Positions 10,339 through 19,298 of a stretch of 64,000 nt of DNA are shown here, piece after piece (the stretch's first letter is position 1; every line of letters starts with the position of its first letter). Source of the DNA: a virus (lineage: Duplodnaviria; Heunggongvirae; Uroviricota; Caudoviricetes); the IMG/VR virus record IMGVR_UViG_3300044984_001938, one strand, 5' to 3'. The position numbers were made by a program, and so were the translations under genes. The notes beneath the pieces are model-generated. The model searched no databases and was not told the DNA's origin. It was given only the letters and a program-made list of their open reading frames with translations.

Positions 10339-11133
10339 CTAATTCCTTTGGGGGCACATCCATGCAATCATCTTTCCAATTTGGCCCTCCAAATCTACCT
10401 CCCACCAATGCTCAGTGAGTATTAATTTTTTACAATTAGCATGATGATTATTATGCCAACCAAACCCGAATGTTATTAATCCCAAAAAAACATTATTGAA
10501 ACTTTGATCTGTGGTATCGTGATTACGATAATTGCCCGGAAATCGTGGTTCATGCAGTATCCAATTGATAATTCCAATCTTTATGTGCTCCAGCAGGTAA
10601 CCAACATTCCATGCAAAAAATAAATTGATATCTATAAAAAACAGTAATACTAAAAAGATAATATTGATGAACACGAAATAATCTGATGCGTACATAATGT
10701 GTTTATCTTGTTTTACTTGTTTCAAACTGCGGACTGATTTCTTATTTTTAAAAACAGCATTAATTCTGTTGACATTGAACGACCACAGCAAAAAGGAATT
10801 AGCTCTGCCGTTAATAGGGCTATGTATATCTTGAGTAGTATCACTAGTGGCATGATGATGCAGATGCTCAATTCTCCAATACATTGGGGTGCTGTAAGCA
10901 CTTAAGCTAGTCAGGTATGCAAATACATTATGTAGAGTGCTATGTACGGAAAACTGCCCATGTGCTATATAACGATGTGCTATCACTCCATTTATTAAGG
11001 TTCTTATGATCCATAGTAGCCCCACCAACCACCAATTTTGGATAAACCAGATTGATACTATTCCTAAAATGACCAATAGTAAACTGAATGCTACGAAAAT
11101 GCGAGTATTTTTCATTGTTGCAATATTTAGCAC
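10339..11133 (-). CDS. fatty acid desaturase #2
   Basis: HRYIAH, HLHHH, GWHNNHH. Confidence 0.9.
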   Translation of the reverse strand: MLNIATMKNTRIFVAFSLLLVILGIVSIWFIQNWWLVGLLWIIRTLINGVIAHRYIAHGQFSVHSTLHNVFAYLTSLSAYSTPMYWRIEHLHHHATSDTTQDIHSPINGRANSFLLWSFNVNRINAVFKNKKSVRSLKQVKQDKHIMYASDYFVFINIIFLVLLFFIDINLFFAWNVGYLLEHIKIGIINWILHEPRFPGNYRNHDTTDQSFNNVFLGLITFGFGWHNNHHANCKKLILTEHWWEVDLEGQIGKMIAWMCPQRN

Positions 11134-11138
11134 TAAAT

Positions 11139-11801
11139 ATGTGTATGGATGAAATACGCTTATTAACTCTAGAAGATATCCATCAATTGGATGAGATATT
11201 AGCTCACTACAAACAGAATGAATTGGCGCACCCTAATCCTATATACTTGACTGATAATTTATTAAATCATGCAGATTGGATTCGCCGGCAATTCTTAGTA
11301 TGTCCGGCGAATATTTTCAAAATCGCTGGGAAATTTGTCAATAACGAATTAGTGCAAATTAGCGTAGGATATAGTATTGCGTTGACTTGGCATAGAAATG
11401 ATGGAAATGAATTACTCCCATACTGGTCAGTGGGGTTGTTGTATTTTAAATATCGTTCTTGGAAATCCCCTGCAGTGCCATTTCAGGCATTAGCGTGTGT
11501 TATTAATTCCGCATTTGAACAAGATGGATACACGAAATTTTATACAGTACAAAAATTGCAAAATCGTATGCTCCGAGAGAAAAATGTGAATGACTATTTC
11601 TCCAATGGTAAGTTTTTCAAAACATTGTTATTTTTGCGATATTCTGTCCAGGTTGAACATATTTTCAACACACAAGCTGATATTGACAATTATCCGTTTA
11701 GACTGATAAAACAATTGTTACCGCGGGCTATTTTACGTCCAATTGTGTTGATATCCGCAACAATTAATATTTTGGGCCGGGATACTAATAGCAATAGCTA
11801 G
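11139..11801 (+). CDS. hypothetical protein; intact paralogue of the pseudogene at 14842-15428
   Basis: ORF; start re-placed at ATG 11139, after TAAATA. Confidence 0.7.
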   Translation: MCMDEIRLLTLEDIHQLDEILAHYKQNELAHPNPIYLTDNLLNHADWIRRQFLVCPANIFKIAGKFVNNELVQISVGYSIALTWHRNDGNELLPYWSVGLLYFKYRSWKSPAVPFQALACVINSAFEQDGYTKFYTVQKLQNRMLREKNVNDYFSNGKFFKTLLFLRYSVQVEHIFNTQADIDNYPFRLIKQLLPRAILRPIVLISATINILGRDTNSNS

Positions 11802-11893
11802 TTCCGGTATTTTTTGAAGTAGGTAGTAATAACTTCTTAAATTCTAGGTTAGTTCTGATCAATACTAAATACAGCATAGCGTAAAGGTACACG

Positions 11894-12655
11894 ATGTCAC
11901 TATCCCACAATCAATTAGTAAGAGGATTGCAGTTAATCAATCATATGCTGCTGTTGGTCGGTTTAGTATTTGTTAGTGTCACCTCTGCATTCGACTGGTT
12001 GGGTATAAGTATCGGGTTTTACATAATTACCGGGCTTTTAGGGGTCAATGTGGGATATCATAGATTAATTAGTCATCGTAGTTTTCAAACGCACAAAATA
12101 ATTGAACAAATATTGTCAATTGTTGGGGTAGTAACTACAATCGGCAGTCCAATGGCGTGGAGTGCGATACATCGGCAGCATCACAAGACTGCGGAGACTA
12201 AAGAGGATCCGCACAGTCCTTATCAACTTGGAAAATTTAACGCATGGATGGGATTTTGGAATTACTTGCCATTGAATCCAAAACTTGTGCGTGACATGCG
12301 AACAAATAAATTTCAAAAATTTTTACACAAATATTATTTGTACATTATCGTGCTATATTGCATGATGCTATTCTATGTCAATCCATTGCTTGTAATTTTT
12401 GGATATGCGATTCCAGCGTGTTTATGTCTACACTCAACCAGTTCAATTATTGTAATTGCTCATTATCACGGATACAAAACGTATCAAGTCAATGATGAAT
12501 CTCGTAACAGCTGGATTGCCCACTTAATGAGTTTGGGTGAAGGTTGGCATAATAATCATCATGCTAAGCCATATCAATGGAAACAAGGTGAACAATGGTG
12601 GGAGATAGATCCTCCCAGCTGGATAATTAGACTTATTAAACATGAACCGAAATAG
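11894..12655 (+). CDS. fatty acid desaturase #3
   Basis: HRLISH, HRQHH, GEGWHNNHH. Confidence 0.93.
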   Translation: MSLSHNQLVRGLQLINHMLLLVGLVFVSVTSAFDWLGISIGFYIITGLLGVNVGYHRLISHRSFQTHKIIEQILSIVGVVTTIGSPMAWSAIHRQHHKTAETKEDPHSPYQLGKFNAWMGFWNYLPLNPKLVRDMRTNKFQKFLHKYYLYIIVLYCMMLFYVNPLLVIFGYAIPACLCLHSTSSIIVIAHYHGYKTYQVNDESRNSWIAHLMSLGEGWHNNHHAKPYQWKQGEQWWEIDPPSWIIRLIKHEPK

Positions 12656-13382
12656 ATTTCAAGACACTAGTTTTAGAAGGTTATACGGTTTCTTATGGAT
12701 TGCATTGGGGCATGTTGCACTAGCATACCTTATGCTATCCATTCAATGGAAAATGTTGATCATCGCATTAATAGTGCATTATATAGTATCTATCTTGGGT
12801 ATTAGCATGACTTATCACCGGGCTATCAGTCACAATGCAATACAATTACCAGGATGGTTAGAATATTTCGGATTGTTTTTGGCCGGATTTAGTCTACAAG
12901 GTAGTGCATTAAGCTGGAGTGTAGTGCATCGCGCTCACCATAAGTATCAAGGAACAGAAAAAGATCCACATAGTACAAAAATTATGGGATCTTGGTATGT
13001 CCAATTATTTGGATACTCTTTTAGTAAGGTAGACCCGCGACATGCAGCTAATTTGCTTAAAACACACCATGTTGTTTGGCATAAGTATTATTACTGGATT
13101 TACTTACCAATTATACTAACTTCATTGTTTGTGTTGCCATTTAATTTAGCTCTTGCTATTTTTTGGGCACCCATTGCTTTAACTTTTCATTTTGAAGGGT
13201 TCATTAATACCTGGACGCATGACTGGAACAATGATGTTCCTAGTAACAAACCGTGGGTTAACTTATTCATTGGTGGTGAAGCATGGCATAAAAACCATCA
13301 TAATCGTCCTGGCCGAGCCAGATTTCATAAATACGATATATTGGGATATCTTTTGGAAAAATTATTTTTACCCAAGAGATAA
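12642..13382 (+). CDS. fatty acid desaturase #4
   Basis: HRAISH, HRAHH, GEAWHKNHH. Confidence 0.92.
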   Translation: MNRNRFQDTSFRRLYGFLWIALGHVALAYLMLSIQWKMLIIALIVHYIVSILGISMTYHRAISHNAIQLPGWLEYFGLFLAGFSLQGSALSWSVVHRAHHKYQGTEKDPHSTKIMGSWYVQLFGYSFSKVDPRHAANLLKTHHVVWHKYYYWIYLPIILTSLFVLPFNLALAIFWAPIALTFHFEGFINTWTHDWNNDVPSNKPWVNLFIGGEAWHKNHHNRPGRARFHKYDILGYLLEKLFLPKR

Positions 13383-13443
13383 CTATGATTGCCTGAGCAG
13401 GCATCAGTAACTAGAGGAGTTTTAGAAGGTAATATAGGATGGT

Positions 13444-14343
13444 TTATTTTGAAATAAGCCATCCTACTACTAAATGTGCGATCTTGATGTTATCGAGGTA
13501 GCATCTAGCAAATCCCGGCGAAGTGTTTATTTCATTAAATAGATAACCATCTTTTCCAAAAAAAACATCTATACAACCAAAATTTATACCAAGCGCATTG
13601 AATATTTTTATGCAATTTTGCTCTAACATAGGCTCTATCTTAGTAAGTTCAAATCTATTTTCAGCGGCCCTCAATGCAACATTGTTTCCGTCCCCTTTCT
13701 TACCAATTTTCCAACCGTTTTTCTGTTGTTGATACCAACTACCTATAACTTCTTTATTGAGAACAAATACTTTAAGTTGTCCGCCGTTAGTTTCAGGTAT
13801 GTATTCCTGAGCAATCAAATTAGTATTAGAAATGTAATTTGCGGACCTAGATGAGCATAGCGACACTAAATCAAATATTCCTTCAAACTCTTCCTTGGTT
13901 TTGGCAAGATGAATTCCTATCCCGTATCCTAGCCTAGTAAATTTAATGACACATGGAAATCCGACTTCTCTCTCAATATAATCGGGAATGGTCCGGTCAT
14001 GATACGAAATATGCAAATCTACTGTTTTAGGTACAGGCATATTTAATTTCATCATTTCTAAATTAAATAATGCTTTATCATCCGCTATCATTGCATTATA
14101 CACAGAGTTTACACCCTTTACGCCCTGTATTTCTAATTTTCTAAAAAAACGCAGATGCGTTTCGTTTGGATATCCGGCCAAATTTATAGCACCGTATGGG
14201 TTATCTTGTTCTCGGTGCATATTGAAAGAATGTAAAATTCTTGTAGTATACCCAAACTCTTTACATGCATCTATGTATATATTAACATTCCGTATGGTAA
14301 AATCTAGAGAGAGATTACTGGTCAATAGAATTTCTTTTGACAT
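13444..14343 (-). CDS. RimK-like ATP-grasp ligase
   Basis: ADDKA, FPCVIK, IAQEYI, IDVF and FNEINTSPGF motifs. Confidence 0.85.
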   Translation of the reverse strand: MSKEILLTSNLSLDFTIRNVNIYIDACKEFGYTTRILHSFNMHREQDNPYGAINLAGYPNETHLRFFRKLEIQGVKGVNSVYNAMIADDKALFNLEMMKLNMPVPKTVDLHISYHDRTIPDYIEREVGFPCVIKFTRLGYGIGIHLAKTKEEFEGIFDLVSLCSSRSANYISNTNLIAQEYIPETNGGQLKVFVLNKEVIGSWYQQQKNGWKIGKKGDGNNVALRAAENRFELTKIEPMLEQNCIKIFNALGINFGCIDVFFGKDGYLFNEINTSPGFARCYLDNIKIAHLVVGWLISK

Positions 14344-14808
14344 TTAATTATTCAATTTAAGTACATTGTATATATTTTCTATATCTTTGGAGGAGCCTGT
14401 ATATTCTGATATGTCATATAATCCAGCCACTCGGTCAGCAGCTAGTCCTAGTAAATCTAAAAATTGTTGTCTAATGAAGTGATCTCTTGGATCATCTGAC
14501 GATCCAATTGGATTGGCAAACTCTTCGGCAAAGACACCTAATGCAAATGAGATTCCATTAGAATCCGTCGGCGTAGTGTCGTATAACTCAGGCTTCATCC
14601 GAGGGAGATCCATGATATACGTATAATACTTTTCATAAATATCTTTATCAAAATGTTCTGGTGCAATATTATGCACAGGTAGTACTGAATTTAATGGCAC
14701 ATTATTTTGTATTAAAAACAGGATATTTTCTAGTTCTATATAATTAATATATCCGGGACTAGTGCTAATTGTCGTATTCCATTTTGTTACCACTAAGTAT
14801 TTTACCAT
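14344..14808 (-). CDS. hypothetical protein
   Basis: 154-aa ORF with RBS AAGGAG. Confidence 0.7.
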   Translation of the reverse strand: MVKYLVVTKWNTTISTSPGYINYIELENILFLIQNNVPLNSVLPVHNIAPEHFDKDIYEKYYTYIMDLPRMKPELYDTTPTDSNGISFALGVFAEEFANPIGSSDDPRDHFIRQQFLDLLGLAADRVAGLYDISEYTGSSKDIENIYNVLKLNN

Positions 14809-14841
14809 ATAATTCTCCTTATTTGTCTCTATTAAAATAAT

Positions 14842-15428
14842 CTAGCTGAAAAACATAATTGGTCACAATATTTACTTTGGCAGACCAGCAGTTAGACCTG
14901 TAAAATGCTTTCTATAGTTATCTAATTCTTGTTGGTTCAAGAACAATATTATATCTAGAATAGCTATCTATAATATTTATCTTTCGTAAAAATATCAGAT
15001 TTTTTCATAGACAATAGTGTTGGTTATGCTTTCCGTACACCGTAGAATGTATTACATCCCTCGTCCTCAAACTATTTGTTCATACGTTTATTTAATTGTT
15101 TAAATTCGTCAGCTGGAAATCTTCATTGATCATCATAGTACAACTCCAAAAAGGTAATATATTTTCTTCTTTTCCCAAGATATTTCTATTCTATATCCTA
15201 CTTGAATTTGTGTAAGGACATCATTAACGAACTTTCCTGCAATTTTAAAGTGATTCGGGTTCTTGTTTGTAAACTGATATAAGATCCAATCAGAATGGTC
15301 TAATGGATTACTGTTACGGTCAACTGGGTTTTATTTTGTAATTATGAATTTTTATATTTTTCTAAAATACAACTTAAGGTTAATTCATCTATTTTGGGAT
15401 ATATTAATCGTCTATTTACGTCACTCAT
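14842..15428 (-). pseudogene. decayed paralogue of 11139-11801
   Basis: Manual translation gives LDHSDWILYQF..FKIAGKFVND..QIQVGY against LNHADWIRRQF..FKIAGKFVNN..QISVGY; multiple stops and frameshifts. Confidence 0.85.
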
Positions 15429-15909
15429 TTTGTATTTTTTCCAACATCTTTAAAAAATGTTCATTTATATTGTTGCCCACTGAAATGCTAAGTGATATTC
15501 TTTCAGTTTTTATATTAGAAACACTATGCAAATTACTTGTCTTTATTACATGCCAGCAATGTGGTTTTATTATAGTTGAATATTTAATATGTTGATTGTC
15601 ATCGTATAAAGATGTTACTACGTCTGACCCACCGGTTTTAAGTATATATGAAATTCCATATATCCTTGGGTCTCTGTGTATATAATCATTAAATCTGCTA
15701 TCTATTTTTTGAAGCCACACTATTGTTCGTTTATTGTACTCTTCTCCTAACATTGGTTTAAATATTTTTCTAATTTGATGCAAAATTGCATAGTCTTTAA
15801 TGAGATATGCGTTGAAACCCGGAGAGATGGATGTATACACTATGTTATCTGTATAGTCTAAAATTTTTGCAAATTCGGTAATTTCCGGTAATAATAAATA
15901 GTTAAGCAT
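15421..15909 (-). CDS. putative 2OG-Fe(II)/cupin protein
   Basis: IHRD...LHSV. Confidence 0.55.
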   Translation of the reverse strand: MLNYLLLPEITEFAKILDYTDNIVYTSISPGFNAYLIKDYAILHQIRKIFKPMLGEEYNKRTIVWLQKIDSRFNDYIHRDPRIYGISYILKTGGSDVVTSLYDDNQHIKYSTIIKPHCWHVIKTSNLHSVSNIKTERISLSISVGNNINEHFLKMLEKIQNE

Positions 15910-16108
15910 TTTCTATTTCATGCTTCCTAGTATTACTTAGATTAAAGGTAAACTGAATTTCTTTGTTCATGTTGTATTTACTCTGTGTTTCCTAACTTAA
16001 ATATAATTCATGGGATTATTATATGTTATACTGTACAAAAGAGCTTGCAAGAAAAAGGGCAAGCATGCGGTTGACTAAAAATAGAAAAGCTGATATAATT
16101 CATACATG

Positions 16109-16145
16109 AACTGCAAAAAAAGATAACTTAATTTGCAGTTTTTTT
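16109..16145 (+). terminator. probable intrinsic terminator
   Basis: AACTGCAAA...TTTGCAGTT followed by a T-tract. Confidence 0.5.
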
Positions 16146-16168
16146 AAACCAGGACTAAATAAACTACT

Positions 16169-16345
16169 ATGATGAAAAATCTCAGTCAATTGCCGAAACA
16201 TACAGGACTATGGTCGATAGTACCATCTTGCCCCGTATTAGCGGCCTTTGAGGGGAATTATTCAGCAACACCTAGTATTCGCGGCACAAATATTGATGCA
16301 CAAAGAATGTTCAGGGGTTTCATAGAAAGAGAAAGTTACACTTAA
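16169..16345 (+). CDS. 58-aa leader ORF upstream of the tRNA array
   Basis: ATG 16169 to TAA 16345, after TAAATA; its 3' end overlaps alternative hairpins. Confidence 0.4.
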   Translation: MMKNLSQLPKHTGLWSIVPSCPVLAAFEGNYSATPSIRGTNIDAQRMFRGFIERESYT

Positions 16346-16403
16346 AGTAACAACTCTACAAGATTTATGAAACCCCTGGGATACGAAAGTACTCAGGGGT
16401 TTC
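16312..16403 (+). promoter_or_regulatory. attenuator-like mutually exclusive hairpins
   Basis: CAGGGGTTTCATA (16312-24) and CAGGGGTTTC (16394-403) can each pair with TATGAAACCCCTG (16366-78). Confidence 0.6.
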
Positions 16404-16422
16404 CAGTTAATGTGTTGTGTAG

Positions 16423-16591
16423 AAACAACATAACAGAGTTTGACAGTAAATGGATACTCTGTTATACTAAGTGTTAATTAAGAAGCAAGTAAAAAGGCTT
16501 TAAAGAATAGTAAGATGTTGCGTAAAAACAACATAACAGAGTTTGACAGTAAATGGATACTCTGTTATACTAAGTGTTAATTAAGAAGCAA
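16423..16591 (+). repeat. exact 66-bp direct repeat, each copy a sigma70 promoter
   Basis: 16423-16488 = 16526-16591; each has TTGACA-17bp-TATACT. Confidence 0.95.
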
Positions 16592-16885
16592 CTATAAAGT
16601 TGTGTAGTGGAGAGTTAGATAGTGTGTATAGGTAACGAGGACCTAGTCTGCACTTAAAACATGGACGAACGGGCGTGAACTAGGATGGAATCCCTTATGT
16701 GGGAGGAAAAATTAGTTCGTATTAAAACACATTCGTTGATCGGTGAGCCTAACAGCAGATCCGCAAATGTCAAAGTGTTGTACACTCAGTTTCGGTCGCG
16801 GCCACGAGCCGGGTATCGGGTAAGACGGTTTAATTCCGTAGTGTGTTTTAATACACGCATTAGAAATAGTGCGAAACAGATTTAT

Positions 16886-16962
16886 TGGGGATTCGCCTAG
16901 TTGGCCTAAGGCACCGGTCTTTGAAATCGGCATCATCAGTTCAAATCTGATATCCCCTGCCA
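16886..16962 (+). tRNA. trnQ: tRNA-Gln(UUG)
   Basis: Cloverleaf; CCGGT-CTTTGAA-ATCGG; CCA. Confidence 0.9.
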
Positions 16963-16966
16963 GTTT

Positions 16967-17024
16967 TAGGATGCGTTCAGCAAATACAACAATTCAAATG
17001 ATAATTGAAAAATAAGCATCCTGT
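16967..17024 (+). ncRNA. CAGCA-family end-paired RNA, copy 1
   Basis: AGGATGC/GCATCCT stem, then CAGCAA. Confidence 0.65.
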
Positions 17025-17032
17025 TATATTTT

Positions 17033-17107
17033 ACTCCGGTCGTCTAGTGGCTAGGACGCCAGCCTTTCAAGTTGGAGAAGCGGGATCGAAACCCGTTCGG
17101 AGTACCA
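17033..17107 (+). tRNA. trnE: tRNA-Glu(UUC)
   Basis: CCAGC-CTTTCAA-GTTGG; CCA. Confidence 0.92.
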
Positions 17108-17114
17108 AGTTTAT

Positions 17115-17200
17115 GGAGTAGACGCCTGAGAGGAAGGGCTCCCGGCTGTAACCCGGAGGACAGTACTGCTGTAGAGGTTCGAACCCTCTCTGCTCCACCA
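17115..17200 (+). tRNA. trnY: tRNA-Tyr(GUA)
   Basis: CTGTAAC loop, long variable arm, CCA. Confidence 0.9.
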
Positions 17201-17346
17201 AGAATCAAGTGGAAAGCAAGAGCCACAAAGTAAACAGTAGAACGTCATGGTCGTGCGGCGTTCTTTGCAGTGTATACTGCGTCAGCCCCGAAAAGGTTGA
17301 GAAACACTGGGGTAAGAGTCCCAACGTAGCACAATCACTAATTTAT

Positions 17347-17425
17347 TCCGCAGAACCCGAGCATGGTGCATGGGCTTGACTGTTAATCAATGACTAGCTG
17401 GGATCGTTACCCAGATGCGGAGCCA
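17347..17425 (+). tRNA. trnN: tRNA-Asn(GUU)
   Basis: TTGA-CTGTTAA-TCAA; CCA. Confidence 0.88.
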
Positions 17426-17431
17426 TTTTTT

Positions 17432-17505
17432 GCCCTTTTCGTATACCGGTATTACGCCTGTTTTGTAATCAGGATAAGGCAGTTCAATTCTGTCAAGGGG
17501 CACCA
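17432..17505 (+). tRNA. trnT: tRNA-Thr(UGU)
   Basis: TTTGTAA loop; CCA. Confidence 0.82.
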
Positions 17506-17597
17506 TCTATAAGCACACACTCTACGCCCTCTTGGAATGGGAGATAGTGTCCATAGCACTGAAGAAAAGTTTAAGTGTGCTTATAAATGTTCAGTTT

Positions 17598-17657
17598 TAG
17601 GATGCTTCCAGCAAATAAATACAACTTTACTTGAAATGAAGCAAAAAAGCATCCTGT
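17598..17657 (+). ncRNA. CAGCA-family RNA, copy 2
   Basis: AGGATGCT/AGCATCCT stem, then CAGCAA. Confidence 0.65.
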
Positions 17658-17665
17658 ATTATAAT

Positions 17666-17743
17666 GCGCCTCTAGCTCAGCTGGATTAGAGCACTGGTTT
17701 ACGAAGCCGGGGGTCGGGAGTTCGAACCTCTCGGGGCGCACCA
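17666..17743 (+). tRNA. trnR: tRNA-Arg(ACG)
   Basis: TTACGAA loop; CCA. Confidence 0.92.
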
Positions 17744-17747
17744 ATCG

Positions 17748-17821
17748 GCTCTTATAGGTAAATGAAATACTGACACTGTGGTATAGTGTAGTCGGAAGTT
17801 TGATTCTTCCTAGGAGCTCCA
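17748..17821 (+). tRNA. trnT: tRNA-Thr(GGU)
   Basis: ACACT-GTGGTAT-AGTGT; U73; CCA. Confidence 0.8.
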
Positions 17822-17827
17822 TTTAAT

Positions 17828-17903
17828 GGTAATATAGCATAGCGGCTAATGCAACTGCTTCATATGCAGTCAATCGTTGGTTCGAGTCCAATTATTACCA
17901 CCA
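17828..17903 (+). tRNA. tRNA-Met or Ile2 (CAU)
   Basis: ACTGC-TTCATAT-GCAGT; CCA. Confidence 0.88.
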
Positions 17904-17904
17904 A

Positions 17905-18066
17905 TCAAAGATTGTTAATAAAGCGTAAGGCTTTGTTGATATTAGTAAAGTATTGCATATGATATTCACAAAAGAATCTATCATATACAATCATACAACA
18001 AACACCATCACATAATGATAGGTGAAAGTTTAAACCTCCTGGAGTAACATTCTTGTAGGTTTTCAT
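17905..18066 (-). pseudogene. small frameshifted ORF inside the tRNA array
   Basis: The ATG after TAAATA is one base out of frame with ...TYKNVTPGGLNFHLSLCDGVCC...FINNL*. Confidence 0.3.
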
Positions 18067-18081
18067 GTAAGTATTTATTAT

Positions 18082-18155
18082 ACCCGGTTAGCACAAAAGT
18101 AGAGCATTCGACTGATAATCGAAAGACAGAGGAGCGTTACCTCTACCGGGTACCA
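18082..18155 (+). tRNA. trnI: tRNA-Ile(GAU)
   Basis: TTCGA-CTGATAA-TCGAA; CCA. Confidence 0.9.
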
Positions 18156-18165
18156 ATTTTTAGTA

Positions 18166-18235
18166 GCGACTATAGTTCAAGCGAACAAGGCCCTCTATGG
18201 GTACGAGGTGCAGGTATCAAGTCCTGTTAGTTGCG
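18166..18235 (+). pseudogene. degenerate tRNA-like element, nominal anticodon CUA
   Basis: GCGACTA/TAGTTGC acceptor stem, D-stem and T-like arm; no CCA. Confidence 0.4.
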
Positions 18236-18315
18236 AATAATGGGGGCAGCAGAGGGCTCTTAGGAAGATAGTGCGGCTCTCAGAAAACCTACATAAATGA
18301 ATTTAGAAAGAATTT

Positions 18316-18393
18316 GGGGAATGGGACTGCTTAGGGTGGTCACTTCACTTGCAATGAAGATACAGATCGGGGCAGAACCGATATTCTCCACCA
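18316..18393 (+). tRNA. trnA: tRNA-Ala(UGC)
   Basis: CTTCA-CTTGCAA-TGAAG; G3:U70; CCA. Confidence 0.9.
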
Positions 18394-18437
18394 TTTAAGT
18401 TCAATATGGATATGCTCCACCAGGCATAAATAACTAT

Positions 18438-19298
18438 ATGGAACAACAAATATTATGCAGTTGTATATACTGCAAGGAAGTTAAATCAGTAAAGGGTATT
18501 CATACTCATGTAGCCCGAGCGCATTTAGGAGCCACCCACTACTCAAGTGGACATAATGGAAAATATAATGACACCGTAAGCCGTGCTAAACTCAAAGATA
18601 GTCGTGATAAGTTTCACAATTTGAAACTTGGTGAACTTACGAAATTTTCCGTGGAGTGTGAAAAATGCAATGTAGCACTTAGTGTAACCGAACGAGCTTT
18701 ACAATTTCCTACTAAGGCAAAATACTTTTGTTCTTTGACATGCAGTAATAGTCATGTTGTAACTGAAGAACACAGACAACAAACATCTGCTACCTTGAGT
18801 GGTAGAATTTACAAACCGCCAGAAGAGATAACAAAAAATTGTATTAATTGTAATACACCGTTTACATATACGAAACACTATACAAAACGGGATAGGAAGA
18901 CATGTAGCCAATCTTGCTCAACAACACACAGTAACATTAGCAGAGGCCTAGCAGCAAGATTGCGAAGGCCTGCCCTAACAAATTACCGGACAGATTGTAA
19001 CTTTAAGTTTAGTCTAAATGACTATCCGACAGAATTTGACTTTACATTAGTCGAACAGTACGGATGGTATAAAGCGAAAAATCGTGGAGACCATTTAACT
19101 GGGGTAAGTAGGGATCATATGGTTAGCGTCCGCTACGGATTTGATAATAATATTGCATCAGAAATTATAAGGCATCCGGCAAATTGCATGTTAATGCAGC
19201 ATAATAAGAATTCATCTAAACATAGTAAATGTTCAATCTTATTAGATGAGTTACTAACTAGAATTAAAGAGTGGGATATTAAATATAGTGGGAGTTAG
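18438..19298 (+). CDS. HNH homing-type endonuclease with N-terminal Zn fingers
   Basis: CxxC repeats; SRDHMVSV...HPANC. Confidence 0.75.
   Translation: MEQQILCSCIYCKEVKSVKGIHTHVARAHLGATHYSSGHNGKYNDTVSRAKLKDSRDKFHNLKLGELTKFSVECEKCNVALSVTERALQFPTKAKYFCSLTCSNSHVVTEEHRQQTSATLSGRIYKPPEEITKNCINCNTPFTYTKHYTKRDRKTCSQSCSTTHSNISRGLAARLRRPALTNYRTDCNFKFSLNDYPTEFDFTLVEQYGWYKAKNRGDHLTGVSRDHMVSVRYGFDNNIASEIIRHPANCMLMQHNKNSSKHSKCSILLDELLTRIKEWDIKYSGS

Noticed and set aside
14842-15428. In-frame stops as evidence of stop-codon recoding
   Set aside because: TAA, TAG and TGA all occur along with frameshifts, and other genes are full length under code 11
15344-15595. 83-aa plus-strand ORF
   Set aside because: Antisense to the 15421-15909 gene and the pseudogene start; low-complexity composition
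16423-16591. Direct repeats as a possible CRISPR array
   Set aside because: Only two 66-bp copies, each a promoter; no spacer series and no cas genes
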